Source of the DNA: an uncultured bacterium
GTDB lineage: Bacteria; Auribacterota; Erginobacteria; Erginobacterales; Erginobacteraceae
Direction: 5' to 3'
Length of the DNA: 64,000 nt
NCBI GenBank assembly: GCA_963822585.1
Contig: CAWGIE010000035.1
Coordinates: 1-64,000 of the forward strand
A program made the translations under genes and the position numbers. The notes beneath the pieces were generated by a model that made no database searches, was not told the DNA's origin, and saw only the letters and a program-made list of their open reading frames with translations. Shown piece by piece: positions 9,707-19,007 of this stretch (the stretch's first letter is position 1; each line of letters starts with the position of its first letter).

Positions 9707-9733
9707 AAATCAAATTATCGGTTTGACAACAGC

Positions 9734-9969
9734 AAGGTCCGTTATATCTATAAACACAGGTCGCCGAAGATGAGGACGCGCCATATCACATCGGCTTCAT
9801 CGCCGAGGATACACCGGAACTGTTGTCGGGAAAGAACCGCGACGGCGTGGCGACCGGCGATTGCATCGGTCTTTTGCTGGCGGTGGTCAAGAAACAGCAG
9901 GCGGAGATCGACCGCCTTTCCCACGAGATCGAAATAATGAAAAATAAGGATGGCGGAGGAAGCATCTGA
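9734..9969 (+). pseudogene. Frameshifted remnant of a peptidase S74-type intramolecular chaperone domain with coiled coil
   Basis: KVRYIYK in one frame, then from 9766 EDEDAPYHIGFIAEDTPELLSGKNRDGVATGDCIGLLLAVVKKQQAEIDRLSHEIE in another. No start codon. Confidence 0.65.
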
Positions 9970-10009
9970 TCGGATATAATATTAAATTATAGCTCATTCT
10001 TTCTATAAT

Positions 10010-11440
10010 ATGTCCGGGAATCCCGGTACTAGTGTCCATACGAGTCCGGGGAGGGCACAAAAGGGAGGTGAAGGAAAAAACCTGTGGTTTGTTGTTATCA
10101 CGGCTGCCGCGGTCACGTTCGCCGTGTCCGTGCCGGCCGCCGACTTCAACGGGGACGGATATGACGACATCGCGGTCTTCCGCCCCTCCTCCGGCCTCTG
10201 GGCCATCCGCGACATGGGCCGGTATTACTTCGGGCAGAACGGCGACATCCCGGTGCCGGGGAAGTTCGTGAGCACCAGCCACGACAGCATGGCCATCTAT
10301 CGTCCCTCGACCGGGATGTGGGCATCCCAGGACGGGGGCTCCCGGGTGTACTTCGGGGGCCAGGCCGGCGATGTCCCCATCGGGGCATGCGGCAGCGGTG
10401 ACGGCCTCTGGAGCCAGAGCGCGGACGATATTTATTACAACGGAGGTTTTGTCGGCATTGGAACAACCGCGCCGATATTCAACCTCGATATTCATCGGAA
10501 CTCGTCCTTTTGGTCCTACCTTCGTTTTACCAATACCACCACCGGGACAGGCGATAACAACGGCGTCCTGGTCGGGATCGACCCCAACGAAGATTTCCGG
10601 ATCCATTCGTATGAAGCCAACGACATTAAGTTCTATACCGCCAACATCGAGAGAATGAGGATTGCCGATGACGGTCGCGTCGGAATCAATCTTGGCAATG
10701 AAGATGCTTACAATCCCCTACACGTCCGGGAAGAGAACACAAGCAGCTGGCCGGTTTTGTTCGAGAATCTCTATGATAATTATCTGTCCAGTGTGTTGTG
10801 TTTGAGGTTGAACCGGTCGATCAGCAATCCCGGCGCAAACAACTGGTTTTTGGTCTGTAAAAATGGCGCCACCACTATCGGCGGAATCCGCGGCAATGGT
10901 TCCGGGGGGATAGAATTAAACGGCACCGGCGCTGACATTGCCGAATACCTGCCCCGTCTTGATGCCGGTGAGAAGATCGAACCGGGAGATTTGGTCGCCA
11001 ACCTGGGAGGGAGGATTACCAAGGATACCGGGTGTGCCGACCAGGTCCAGGTCGTCTCTAGCGGTCCGATCGTATCCGGGAATTTCCCCGGGCAGGAGAG
11101 GGAAGATCTCTTTGAGCAAGTGGCGTTTCTAGGAAGAGCCCTCGCCAAGGTACGAGGCCCGGTCTGGCGGGGTGATTACATCATCCCCTCAGGCGAGAAC
11201 GACGGTGTCGGCGTGGCGGTTTCCCCCGATAAAATAACCGCCGCAAACTGTGCTCTGATCGCGGGACGTGCCTGGCAATCTTCGGAGGAGAAGGGAATAA
11301 AGCTCATCGACACAGCGGTCGGCCTCCAGGCCTCCGCCCAGGCCCTGCAGGAACTGGTCAGGCAAAAAGACCGGGAGATTTCGCAACTTTCCGAGCGCCT
11401 GGACGCCCTGGAACGGCTGGTGAAAGAAGGGAAGCGGTGA
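10010..11440 (+). CDS. Secreted fibre-like protein: FG-GAP-like repeats, GIGTT-type beta repeats, C-terminal Peptidase_G2/IMC-like chaperone domain and coiled coil
   Basis: Signal-like KNLWFVVITAAAVTFAVSVPAA; DFNGDGYDDIAVFRPSSGLWA; VGIGTTAP; ERMRIADDGRVGI; GADIAEYL..IEPGDLV; GRALAKV.GPV.RGDYI. True start is uncertain. Confidence 0.7.
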   Translation: MSGNPGTSVHTSPGRAQKGGEGKNLWFVVITAAAVTFAVSVPAADFNGDGYDDIAVFRPSSGLWAIRDMGRYYFGQNGDIPVPGKFVSTSHDSMAIYRPSTGMWASQDGGSRVYFGGQAGDVPIGACGSGDGLWSQSADDIYYNGGFVGIGTTAPIFNLDIHRNSSFWSYLRFTNTTTGTGDNNGVLVGIDPNEDFRIHSYEANDIKFYTANIERMRIADDGRVGINLGNEDAYNPLHVREENTSSWPVLFENLYDNYLSSVLCLRLNRSISNPGANNWFLVCKNGATTIGGIRGNGSGGIELNGTGADIAEYLPRLDAGEKIEPGDLVANLGGRITKDTGCADQVQVVSSGPIVSGNFPGQEREDLFEQVAFLGRALAKVRGPVWRGDYIIPSGENDGVGVAVSPDKITAANCALIAGRAWQSSEEKGIKLIDTAVGLQASAQALQELVRQKDREISQLSERLDALERLVKEGKR

Positions 11441-11463
11441 TTCTCACTCCCCTACATTCCTTA

Positions 11464-11496
11464 TTTAACATATAACGCATAGCGTTATATGTTAAA
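11464..11496. terminator. Perfect palindrome between convergent genes (possible bidirectional terminator)
   Basis: TTTAACATATAACGC-ATA-GCGTTATATGTTAAA. Confidence 0.5.
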
Positions 11497-11506
11497 CAAG
11501 GATGGC

Positions 11507-12730
11507 TCAATCCGTTTCATAGCCGGCCTTTTTGACCGCCTGAACCACCTGTGCCCGATCGATCCCTTCCCCGCGGATGAGGACCGTTCCCGTCTGGAGA
11601 TCGGGGAGAGCTTCCGTGACCCCTGCGACCGCCTCCAGGGCTCTTTTAACCGTCCCGACGCAGTGGTGGCAGGTCATTCCCCGCACCCGGATGGAGAGGT
11701 CCCCCGCCGCGTCCGGGCCAGGTTTACCCTTCGCAGTCAGTTTCCCCTTGATTCGCCGTCCCAGCAGGAGGAGAAGAAGGGCGGTCACGATAACTGCGCA
11801 GACTGTTTGGAGGAGGCTGCCGCCCGCGGCGTGATGATAGGCCGCCCCCCCACCGCTCCCGATGACCCAGTTGAAGACCGATCCGAAGAGGAGGCTCAGC
11901 ACCGCCACCGTGCCCAGGTAGATCGCCAGCACCCTTCCCCCCAGGGTCCGATAGACGGCCCCCAGGGTGGCGATGTTGGTGGCCGGGCCGGCCATTAGGA
12001 AGACCAGCGCCGCCCCGGTCGGCATCCCGGCCGCGATCAGGGAGGCCGCGATCGGGACCGACCCGGTGGTACATACGTAGAGGGGGATCGCGATCGCCAG
12101 CACGATCAGCATCCCCCCGATCCCTCCGGTCCAGGACGAGCCGGAAAGATATCTCGCCGGAATCGTTACGGTGATGAGCGCGGAGACCGCCACCCCGAGG
12201 ACGATCCAGATATCGATCGAGCCCAAAAGTTCAAAAACACCGTAGCGAATGACCTCGGCCGCTGTTTTCGGGACTCTCTCTCCGCTGGCGGTCGATGCGG
12301 CGGCAGTTGGGTTTTCCGGCGCCTTCGGTTCGGTCAGGTTGACCAGTATCCCCCCGATCATCCCGGTGACGAAAGCGGCCAGGACCTTAAAAAGGGCGAA
12401 GGGCCAACCCAGGAAAGTCGCCGAGACCAGGATCGAGTCCACGCCGGTCTGCGGGGTGCTGATCAGGAAGCCGGTGGCCGCTCCCCGGGATGCGCCCTCG
12501 TTTTTCAGACCGATCGCGGTCGGGACCACTCCGCAGGAACAGAGGGGCATCGGGATCCCCACCAGAACCGCCCGGAGCACGCTCCGCGTGTTCTTCAGGC
12601 TCAGGTGCCGGGCGATCAGCCCCGGGGGAAGGATGACATGAAGGATGCCCGCGATCAGTGTCCCCAGCAGGAGGGGAGGGGAGAGTTCGAGTAATACCTT
12701 CCAGACTTGAATGAGAAATTCGGAGATCAT
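11507..12730 (-). CDS. DUF318/ArsP-type permease with C-terminal HMA domain (heavy-metal efflux)
   Basis: PLCSCGVVP, STPQTGVDS, PLYVCTTGSVP, AGPATN, and HMA motif GMTCHHCV. Confidence 0.88.
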   Translation of the reverse strand: MISEFLIQVWKVLLELSPPLLLGTLIAGILHVILPPGLIARHLSLKNTRSVLRAVLVGIPMPLCSCGVVPTAIGLKNEGASRGAATGFLISTPQTGVDSILVSATFLGWPFALFKVLAAFVTGMIGGILVNLTEPKAPENPTAAASTASGERVPKTAAEVIRYGVFELLGSIDIWIVLGVAVSALITVTIPARYLSGSSWTGGIGGMLIVLAIAIPLYVCTTGSVPIAASLIAAGMPTGAALVFLMAGPATNIATLGAVYRTLGGRVLAIYLGTVAVLSLLFGSVFNWVIGSGGGAAYHHAAGGSLLQTVCAVIVTALLLLLLGRRIKGKLTAKGKPGPDAAGDLSIRVRGMTCHHCVGTVKRALEAVAGVTEALPDLQTGTVLIRGEGIDRAQVVQAVKKAGYETD

Positions 12731-12842
12731 GAATCGGTTATTTACCGTCCGCGGTGCGGGTTTTTTATCCGACGGATCAGACAAAACGGTCCGCTCCGAC
12801 CGCTTAAACTACCATTTTTCCCGGTTCGCTGCCACAACATGA

Positions 12843-12872
12843 TTGAAAAGGTCACCCGATCAGGCCTATAAT
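12843..12872 (+). promoter_or_regulatory. Putative sigma70 promoter
   Basis: TTGAAA-18 bp-TATAAT upstream of the nitroreductase gene. Confidence 0.45.
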
Positions 12873-12910
12873 GGGCGTGTGCCAAACGATATGCAATGGA
12901 GGATTTCCCG

Positions 12911-13459
12911 ATGGATATCTTCGAAGCGATAAGCCGGCGTCATAGTTACCGGGGCCCATTCAAAGACACCCCGGTATCGAGAGAGGATTTGCAGCGGATC
13001 GTGGAGGCGGCCCTGATGGCTCCTTCCGGGAGGAACGAGCAGACCACTTCTTTCGTGATCGTGGACGATCCATCCCTGCTCGCCGAGATCGGCGGGATGC
13101 ACCCGGCGAACAAGGCCATGCAGCAGGCCCGCGCCATGATCGCCTGTATCATCGACCGGTACCCGGCGCCGGTCTACGAAGAACATTCCTTCCAGGTCGA
13201 AGATTGCGCGGCGGCGGTGGAGAATATGCTCCTGGCGATCACGGCCTACGGCTACGGCTCGGTCTGGATCGATGGCTGGCTTCGCGTGCAGGGCCACGCG
13301 GAAAAGATCGGCGCCCTTCTGGGGATTCCGGAAACAAAAGTAATCCGGGTTCTCCTCCCGGTCGGGATTCCGGCCGAAGAGGGGCCGCGGCGGGAGAAGA
13401 AGCCGTTCAAGGAGCGGGCCTGGTTTAACCGGTGGAGAGGAAGGACACGGGAGAGTTGA
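12911..13459 (+). CDS. Nitroreductase family protein
   Basis: I..R.S.R..F, APSG.N.Q, D...A..N.LLA....G.GS.W. SD GGAGG. Confidence 0.92.
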   Translation: MDIFEAISRRHSYRGPFKDTPVSREDLQRIVEAALMAPSGRNEQTTSFVIVDDPSLLAEIGGMHPANKAMQQARAMIACIIDRYPAPVYEEHSFQVEDCAAAVENMLLAITAYGYGSVWIDGWLRVQGHAEKIGALLGIPETKVIRVLLPVGIPAEEGPRREKKPFKERAWFNRWRGRTRES

Positions 13460-13500
13460 AGATTAAAGAAAAAGATGAACGTTCAACTTAGGTAGAAACT

Positions 13501-14475
13501 ATGCCTGACCGACTAAACTGGGGTATCCTTTCCACCGCCCGGATCAACCGGCGGATTATCCCTCCGTTGCGGCAGGCGCCCCGATCCGAGCTGATCGCGG
13601 TTGCCGGCCGGGACCGGGAACGGACCCGCGACTTTGCCCGGGGATGGGGGATAAGGAAAGTTTTCCCGTCATATCAGGAATTGCTTGACTGCCCCCTGGT
13701 CAACGTTGTCTACATCCCGCTCCCCAACAGCCTGCATCGCGAGTGGGTTACCCGCGCCGTCCGTGCCGGTAAGCATGTTCTCTGTGAGAAACCGCTCGGC
13801 CTGACCGCGGCGGAGGTGGAGATGATGGCCGCCGCGGCCCGGGAAGCCGGCGTGGTTCTCCTGGAGGGGATGGCCTACCGGATGCACCCCCAGTTTCTCC
13901 GCCTGCAGTCGCTGATCCGGGAGGGGCTGATCGGCCGGGTCCGTCTGATCCGGTCCTGGTTTCGTTTCACGCTTTGCCCGGGAGAGAATATCCGCTGGTC
14001 GAAAGAAATGGGCGGGGGGGTCCTCCTCGATGTCGGCTGCTACCCGGTCAGCTTTTGCCTGGCAGTTGCCGGATCCATACCGGAATCGGTCTCCTGCAGC
14101 CAGCTGATCGGGGAGACCGGTGTCGATATCCTTTCTTCCGGCCAGCTGATCTTCCCCGCCGGCCCGTTCGCCCAGATCGACTGCGCGTTTACTCTGCCTT
14201 ACGGGGTGGGGGCGGAGGTCATCGGGGAAGAAGGGGTGCTCCGCGTCCATAATCCCTGGCAGCCGGATATCGACGGCAAGTCGAGCGGCCTGATCCATCT
14301 CGCTCCCGATGATACCGAGACAGCGATCTCCATTCCCCATCAGGACCCCTATCTCTGCGAGATCGAGGCGCTGGAAGCGGCGGTCCTGGACGGGGTCTCT
14401 CCCCCCTACCCGGTTGCGGAAAGCGAGAAGACCGCCGCGGCGATAGATGCCCTTTACCGTTCCGCCCATAAATAA
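13501..14475 (+). CDS. Gfo/Idh/MocA family oxidoreductase
   Basis: WGILSTARI, VYIPLPN..H, GKHVLCEKP, GGG.LLDVGCYP. Confidence 0.93.
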   Translation: MPDRLNWGILSTARINRRIIPPLRQAPRSELIAVAGRDRERTRDFARGWGIRKVFPSYQELLDCPLVNVVYIPLPNSLHREWVTRAVRAGKHVLCEKPLGLTAAEVEMMAAAAREAGVVLLEGMAYRMHPQFLRLQSLIREGLIGRVRLIRSWFRFTLCPGENIRWSKEMGGGVLLDVGCYPVSFCLAVAGSIPESVSCSQLIGETGVDILSSGQLIFPAGPFAQIDCAFTLPYGVGAEVIGEEGVLRVHNPWQPDIDGKSSGLIHLAPDDTETAISIPHQDPYLCEIEALEAAVLDGVSPPYPVAESEKTAAAIDALYRSAHK

Positions 14476-14607
14476 GCGGCTAAGCGCTCATTTATTTATG
14501 GTTGACTTTATCGGCCCAAGGGGTAGACTTCAACCCCTTGCCGGAAGTATTTACCTTCCGGATAATGAAAAAAGTTTAACTCAAAAACTATTACAGGAGT
14601 AACGGAG

Positions 14608-15963
14608 ATGACCGAGAAGAAAAAGAAGAAGAAAACCGTCGCATCAAAAAAGCCGGCCGCGAAAAAGAAAACCATTGCCCGGAAAACGACTGTCCGGGTG
14701 AAAGCCACCGGTAAAAAGGTTGCCGGGAAGAAGGCCGGTAGGAAAAAGACCTCCGCCGGAAAGAAGGCCGTGAGGAAAAAGACCATCGCCGGGAAGAAAC
14801 CGTCGGCGAAAAAGACGCTCCCGGCGAAAAAGAAAGCCGGCCGGAAGCCGACGGCCGGGAAGAAATCCGCGCCGGCCCGCGGGAAGAAGTCGGCGAAGAA
14901 AACCCGACCCCGTGCCGCTTTGCGCCCACCCGCCAGAATAGAGTGGGATGAGATTTATGAGATGGAAATCGTTACTCGCGCCCGAAACTGGAATCGCTCC
15001 CGGGACGTGGGAACGATCGCCGGCGTCAATCGCCGGATGGCCTTTGGCGGATACCTGGATGTCATCCGGGATGCCGACCGGGCTTACGAAGGCGCGATCT
15101 GGAAGATAGCGGGCGAGATCCTGGGAAGACGGAATGTCATCCGCCTGGTCATCGTGGCCGGACCAAGTTCGTCGGGGAAGACCACCACCACCATCAAACT
15201 CTGTGAGGCTCTGAGGGCGATGGGGGAGAACCTGCAGCTTCTTTCTCTGGACAATTACTTCTGGAACCTGCAGGACCAGCCCCGGGACGAATTCGGCGAT
15301 TATAACTTCGAGTCCCCGCTGGCCCTGGACATCGATACCATCAACCGCAACCTCCGCGATCTGCTGGCAGGGAAAGAGGCCTCCATCCCGGTCTATGATT
15401 TCAAGGCCGGCTGCCGGAAGGCAGAGACGATGCAGATGAAGCTCGAACCGAACCAGCTCCTGGTTGTGGAAGGGCTTCACGGCTTCTATCAACAGATGAC
15501 GGCCGGTATTCCCCGTGAGTGTCAGTTCCGGGTTTATATTGAGACCATCTGTCAGCTCCAGGACCGGGATTATAATTTTGTCCCCTGGACGGATATTCGA
15601 CTCCTGAGACGCATGGTCAGGGACAATCTTCATCGCAACTATACCCCCCTCAATACGCTCGGCCACTGGCATTACGTCCGGGAGGCCGAGAAGGAGCACA
15701 TCGTACCGTTCATCGGCCAGGCTGACGCGGTAGTGAACGGGTATCTTCCCTATGAGCTCCCCGTTTATAAAAAATATCTCTATGAGCTCCTGCAGAAGGC
15801 CGTGGAGCAGTTCGTCGGGCAGCCTGGAAGAGAAGACGCCTACCGGCGGGGCTCCCGCTGTCTTGCGTACCTGGAAGAGATCGATGGGCTGGAGGATGAC
15901 TCGGTCATCCCTCCCAACTCCCTGATCAGGGAGTTCATCGGCGGCAGCGTATATAAATATTAA
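14608..15963 (+). CDS. Uridine-kinase-like P-loop nucleoside kinase with a ~100-aa Lys/Ala-rich histone H1-like N-terminus
   Basis: AGPSSSGKTT, LDNYF, DY.FE, P.YDF, EGLH, D.RL.RR.VRD. N-terminus is KKxA repeats. SD AGGAG/GGAG. Confidence 0.85.
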   Translation: MTEKKKKKKTVASKKPAAKKKTIARKTTVRVKATGKKVAGKKAGRKKTSAGKKAVRKKTIAGKKPSAKKTLPAKKKAGRKPTAGKKSAPARGKKSAKKTRPRAALRPPARIEWDEIYEMEIVTRARNWNRSRDVGTIAGVNRRMAFGGYLDVIRDADRAYEGAIWKIAGEILGRRNVIRLVIVAGPSSSGKTTTTIKLCEALRAMGENLQLLSLDNYFWNLQDQPRDEFGDYNFESPLALDIDTINRNLRDLLAGKEASIPVYDFKAGCRKAETMQMKLEPNQLLVVEGLHGFYQQMTAGIPRECQFRVYIETICQLQDRDYNFVPWTDIRLLRRMVRDNLHRNYTPLNTLGHWHYVREAEKEHIVPFIGQADAVVNGYLPYELPVYKKYLYELLQKAVEQFVGQPGREDAYRRGSRCLAYLEEIDGLEDDSVIPPNSLIREFIGGSVYKY

Positions 15964-16040
15964 TCCGATTTATTACATACATCGGGTACCCTCACCGCGC
16001 GACCGGGCCTGTTATCTGTAACTTATTGAACGATAATTTA

Positions 16041-16091
16041 TAATCAGGATGACTCATGAAAATATTTCATTTTCATGAGTCATCCTGATTA
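16041..16091. repeat. 51-bp palindrome (23-bp perfect arms)
   Basis: TAATCAGGATGACTCATGAAAAT-ATTTC-ATTTTCATGAGTCATCCTGATTA. Confidence 0.9.
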
Positions 16092-16105
16092 AACTGGAGA
16101 AAAAA

Positions 16106-17377
16106 ATGATGAAAAAGATCACCGAATTGAAACTGCAGCTGAAGACTCCCAAGCAGCGTGAAGTTCTGGCCGGGATTAGCCTTCAGCCTTCCCGGATTGA
16201 AGGGTACAAGCATCTGGCCCGGCTGCTGGCCCGGGAGGGCGACCTGGGGGGGGCGGAGCAGGTTCTTCGCCTGGCACTATCGCTGTTTCCAAAAGACCGC
16301 CTGGTCCGGGAACAGCTGGCCGGGGTGTACGAGGAAATGAAGCGCCCGAACCGGGCGGCGGAGATCTACCGGCAGTTGATCAAGGAAGGCGAGAGCTGGC
16401 CATCGTATATCCGCCTGGCCCGGATTCTCAGGAAAAAGGGAGATTTTGAGGGCGCCGTTGCCGTTTTCAAAAGCATCTCTTCCCAGAGTCCCTTTAAAGA
16501 GCGCACCTTCCAGCCTCTCTACGATCTCCTTTTCCTGATGGGGACTCACAAGCGCGGTATTCAGAACGCCAAGGATGCCATCCGCCTCCTCGGCCCCTCT
16601 CACCAGTGGATCAAGAAACTGGGACGCCTCTATATGAAAGACGGCAACAAGGCGGAAGGGATCAATTATCTGAAGAGAGCCCTCCGGTTTCACCCGGATG
16701 ATCTGGATACGATCAAACTGGTCGGCCTGGCCAACCTCGACCTCGGTAACTCCGGGATAGCCCGAGACTGGTTTAATAAGATCCTGGCGAAAGATCCCGA
16801 TTCCTACCAGGCCCACATCGAGCTGGCCGAGCTCGCCCTCCGGCTGGGTAAGCTCGACGAGGCGAAGAAGTGGGTGGATGCGATCCGCCGGGTCCAGAAA
16901 CGGAAGGGTGAACCCTGGGATTCCCGGTCCAAGCTGGCGCTGGCGGAATATTACCTGCGGAAAGAGGACTATAAAAAAGCGGTCGAACTGGCCGCCGACG
17001 GTCTGACCGAGACCCCCTTTTATTATCCGATGGAACTGGTGCACGCTCACGGTATCCTAGGAAAGGGATATCAGGCACTGGGCGACGAATTCAAGGCCGC
17101 CGTCCACTCCCGGATCGAAAAAGCCCTGCTCAAGAACCCGGACGCTTTCAACGCCTTCATCGACCTGGCCCGCGCCATGGAGAAGGAAAAGAAACTGGCC
17201 GAAGCGAAGGAAGTCCTGGAGCAGCTCCTGATTACCTTCCCGGGGAACACCTTGACCCTCCTCAATCTGGCCGAGGCTCAGTTCCGGCGGGGGATGACCA
17301 AAAGCGCCGTCCAGCTCGCCCGTGCCGCCGCCGAAGGCGAGGGGGGAGCTTCGTCCAGGATCAGATCAAAGCCCTGA
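16106..17377 (+). CDS. TPR-repeat protein (probably extends to 17475 across a frameshift at the G6 run 17341-17346)
   Basis: Repeated LA..Y....A...Y..L TPR pattern. An alternative frame after the G run gives another amphipathic helix pair. Confidence 0.85.
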   Translation: MMKKITELKLQLKTPKQREVLAGISLQPSRIEGYKHLARLLAREGDLGGAEQVLRLALSLFPKDRLVREQLAGVYEEMKRPNRAAEIYRQLIKEGESWPSYIRLARILRKKGDFEGAVAVFKSISSQSPFKERTFQPLYDLLFLMGTHKRGIQNAKDAIRLLGPSHQWIKKLGRLYMKDGNKAEGINYLKRALRFHPDDLDTIKLVGLANLDLGNSGIARDWFNKILAKDPDSYQAHIELAELALRLGKLDEAKKWVDAIRRVQKRKGEPWDSRSKLALAEYYLRKEDYKKAVELAADGLTETPFYYPMELVHAHGILGKGYQALGDEFKAAVHSRIEKALLKNPDAFNAFIDLARAMEKEKKLAEAKEVLEQLLITFPGNTLTLLNLAEAQFRRGMTKSAVQLARAAAEGEGGASSRIRSKP

Positions 17378-17467
17378 AGCTGCTGATCAGGGTCAGCAAA
17401 GCGGGGGGAATGGCCGGCGCGGCCAGAGATTACGAACGCCGTCTGAAAACGCTCACGGCCGCCGGCG

Positions 17468-17668
17468 GTGCATAACCACGATCGTCTTCTTATCTGCCCT
17501 CACTGCGGGGAGCGGACCCCGGGCGAAAACCTCAACTGCATTTACTGCGGTGAACGCCTCGCCCGGCCGGTCGGTTTCCTGAGTTCCCTGACCCTGGGAT
17601 GGAAAGGCCGGATCGGTATCTTGCTGGCCCTTCTGGCGGCAATCGTGTTCCTGGTCTGGATTCTTTAA
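17468..17668 (+). CDS. Small zinc-ribbon membrane protein
   Basis: CPHCG...CIYCG followed by a C-terminal TM helix. Confidence 0.75.
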   Translation: MHNHDRLLICPHCGERTPGENLNCIYCGERLARPVGFLSSLTLGWKGRIGILLALLAAIVFLVWIL

Positions 17669-17698
17669 CTAAAATTTTTCCGCAGGAAAAATTTTAAA

Positions 17699-18697
17699 AT
17701 GATCACGTACCTGAAACAGCCCCGTCTCGACCATCCCCAGATGCTGGCCGCCTGGCCCGGTATGGGATATGTGGCCTCCAAGACGGTCTCCTATCTGGTA
17801 GAAGCGCTGTGCGCGGACCGCTTCGCCTTTATTAACCCCGACAATTATTTTTCTCCTTCCAGCGTGATCGTCGAAAACAGCGTGGCGAGCATCCCGGCGC
17901 TGCCCTCGAGTAATTTTTATTTCTGGAGAAACCCTTCCTCGGGAAGCGATCTGATTCTATTTTTGGGGGACTCTCAGCCGTCCACCCATCTTCAGATCAG
18001 GATGGCCCGGGAAGTTATCGGACTCGCCACCAAGATGAGTGTTTACAGAATGTGGACCTTCGCCGCCGCCCCGGCGTCCATCCAGCATAAAGACGTCCCC
18101 CGGATCTGGGGGGTTACCAGCAGCGTGGAATTAAGCGAGTACCTTTCCGGACACGATGTCTCCCTTCTGGAAATGGGACATATCAGCGGATTGAACGGCC
18201 TCCTTCTGGGGACGTCCGCCCAGGCCAGGATACCCGGTATCTGCCTGCTGGGTGAGATTCCCTATTATACCGTTAATTTGGAAAACCCCCGGGCGGCTGG
18301 GGCCATTCTTCGCCTTCTTCAGACCCTTCTTTCCCTGCGGATCGATTTCCTGCCCCTCCAGGAGGATATCGAGAAATTCGACCAGGAGATTGCCAGCATC
18401 GGGAAAAAGGCGCAGGAGACCATGGCAACCTTCATTCATCCCGAGGAAGAGATGATGGATTTCAGCGCCATGACCGATAACGAGGAGGATGAAGAAGAAG
18501 CGGACGGTGAGGGAGAGCCCCGCCCGCTGACGGATGCCGCCCGCCGGCGGATTGAAGAACTGTTTCGCCAGGTCAGGAAGGACCCTCTCCAGGCCCCGCG
18601 TCTGAAAGAAGAACTGGATAAATGGGGAGTGTATCCCTTCTTTGAAGACCGGTTTCTCGACCTTTTCCGGGGAGAGGAAGACCAGCGGGATAATTAG
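17699..18697 (+). CDS. PAC2 (proteasome assembly chaperone-like) family protein
   Basis: AAWPGMG.V, D.QP, G.ISGLNGLLLG, G.CLLGE, P.AA..IL pattern with acidic C-terminal extension. Confidence 0.8.
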   Translation: MITYLKQPRLDHPQMLAAWPGMGYVASKTVSYLVEALCADRFAFINPDNYFSPSSVIVENSVASIPALPSSNFYFWRNPSSGSDLILFLGDSQPSTHLQIRMAREVIGLATKMSVYRMWTFAAAPASIQHKDVPRIWGVTSSVELSEYLSGHDVSLLEMGHISGLNGLLLGTSAQARIPGICLLGEIPYYTVNLENPRAAGAILRLLQTLLSLRIDFLPLQEDIEKFDQEIASIGKKAQETMATFIHPEEEMMDFSAMTDNEEDEEEADGEGEPRPLTDAARRRIEELFRQVRKDPLQAPRLKEELDKWGVYPFFEDRFLDLFRGEEDQRDN

Positions 18698-18906
18698 AGC
18701 TTGCTCGAAAAGCTCGCAAGCTCTCAAATCCTAATATCTAAGCACAAAATCCTAAACAATATCTAATGACTAAAATAATAAATTCAAAACAAAAGCGTCG
18801 ATGGCACGATGTTTTGAACATTTGAAATTTGGATTTAGAATTTATTTAGGATTTAGATATTAAGATTTAGGATTTCCTATTCGAAACTCTTTTCGAATAG
18901 GCTATA
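18695..18906 (+). mobile_element. MITE-like family C, copy 2 (most intact; TA at both ends)
   Basis: TA|GAGCTTGCTCGAAAAG ... CTTTTCGAATAGGCTA|TA. The left TAG is the PAC2 stop codon. Confidence 0.75.
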
Positions 18907-18915
18907 ATTCAATGT

Positions 18916-18998
18916 CGGTAACCAGTAATCGGTGATCAGTTCCCTGGCGGCCGGGCGCATGCCGGTCACTGATTACTGATCACTGGTTACCGATTACT
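18916..18998. repeat. Family A inverted heptad array
   Basis: cggtaac cagtaat cggtgat cagt ... actgatt actgatc actggtt accgatt act. Confidence 0.85.
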
Positions 18999-19007
18999 GG
19001 ATTTCCC

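Noticed and set aside
9700..11440. Diversity-generating retroelement TR/VR pair or prophage
   Set aside because: No reverse transcriptase, no adenine-specific near-duplicate, and no phage structural or integrase genes.
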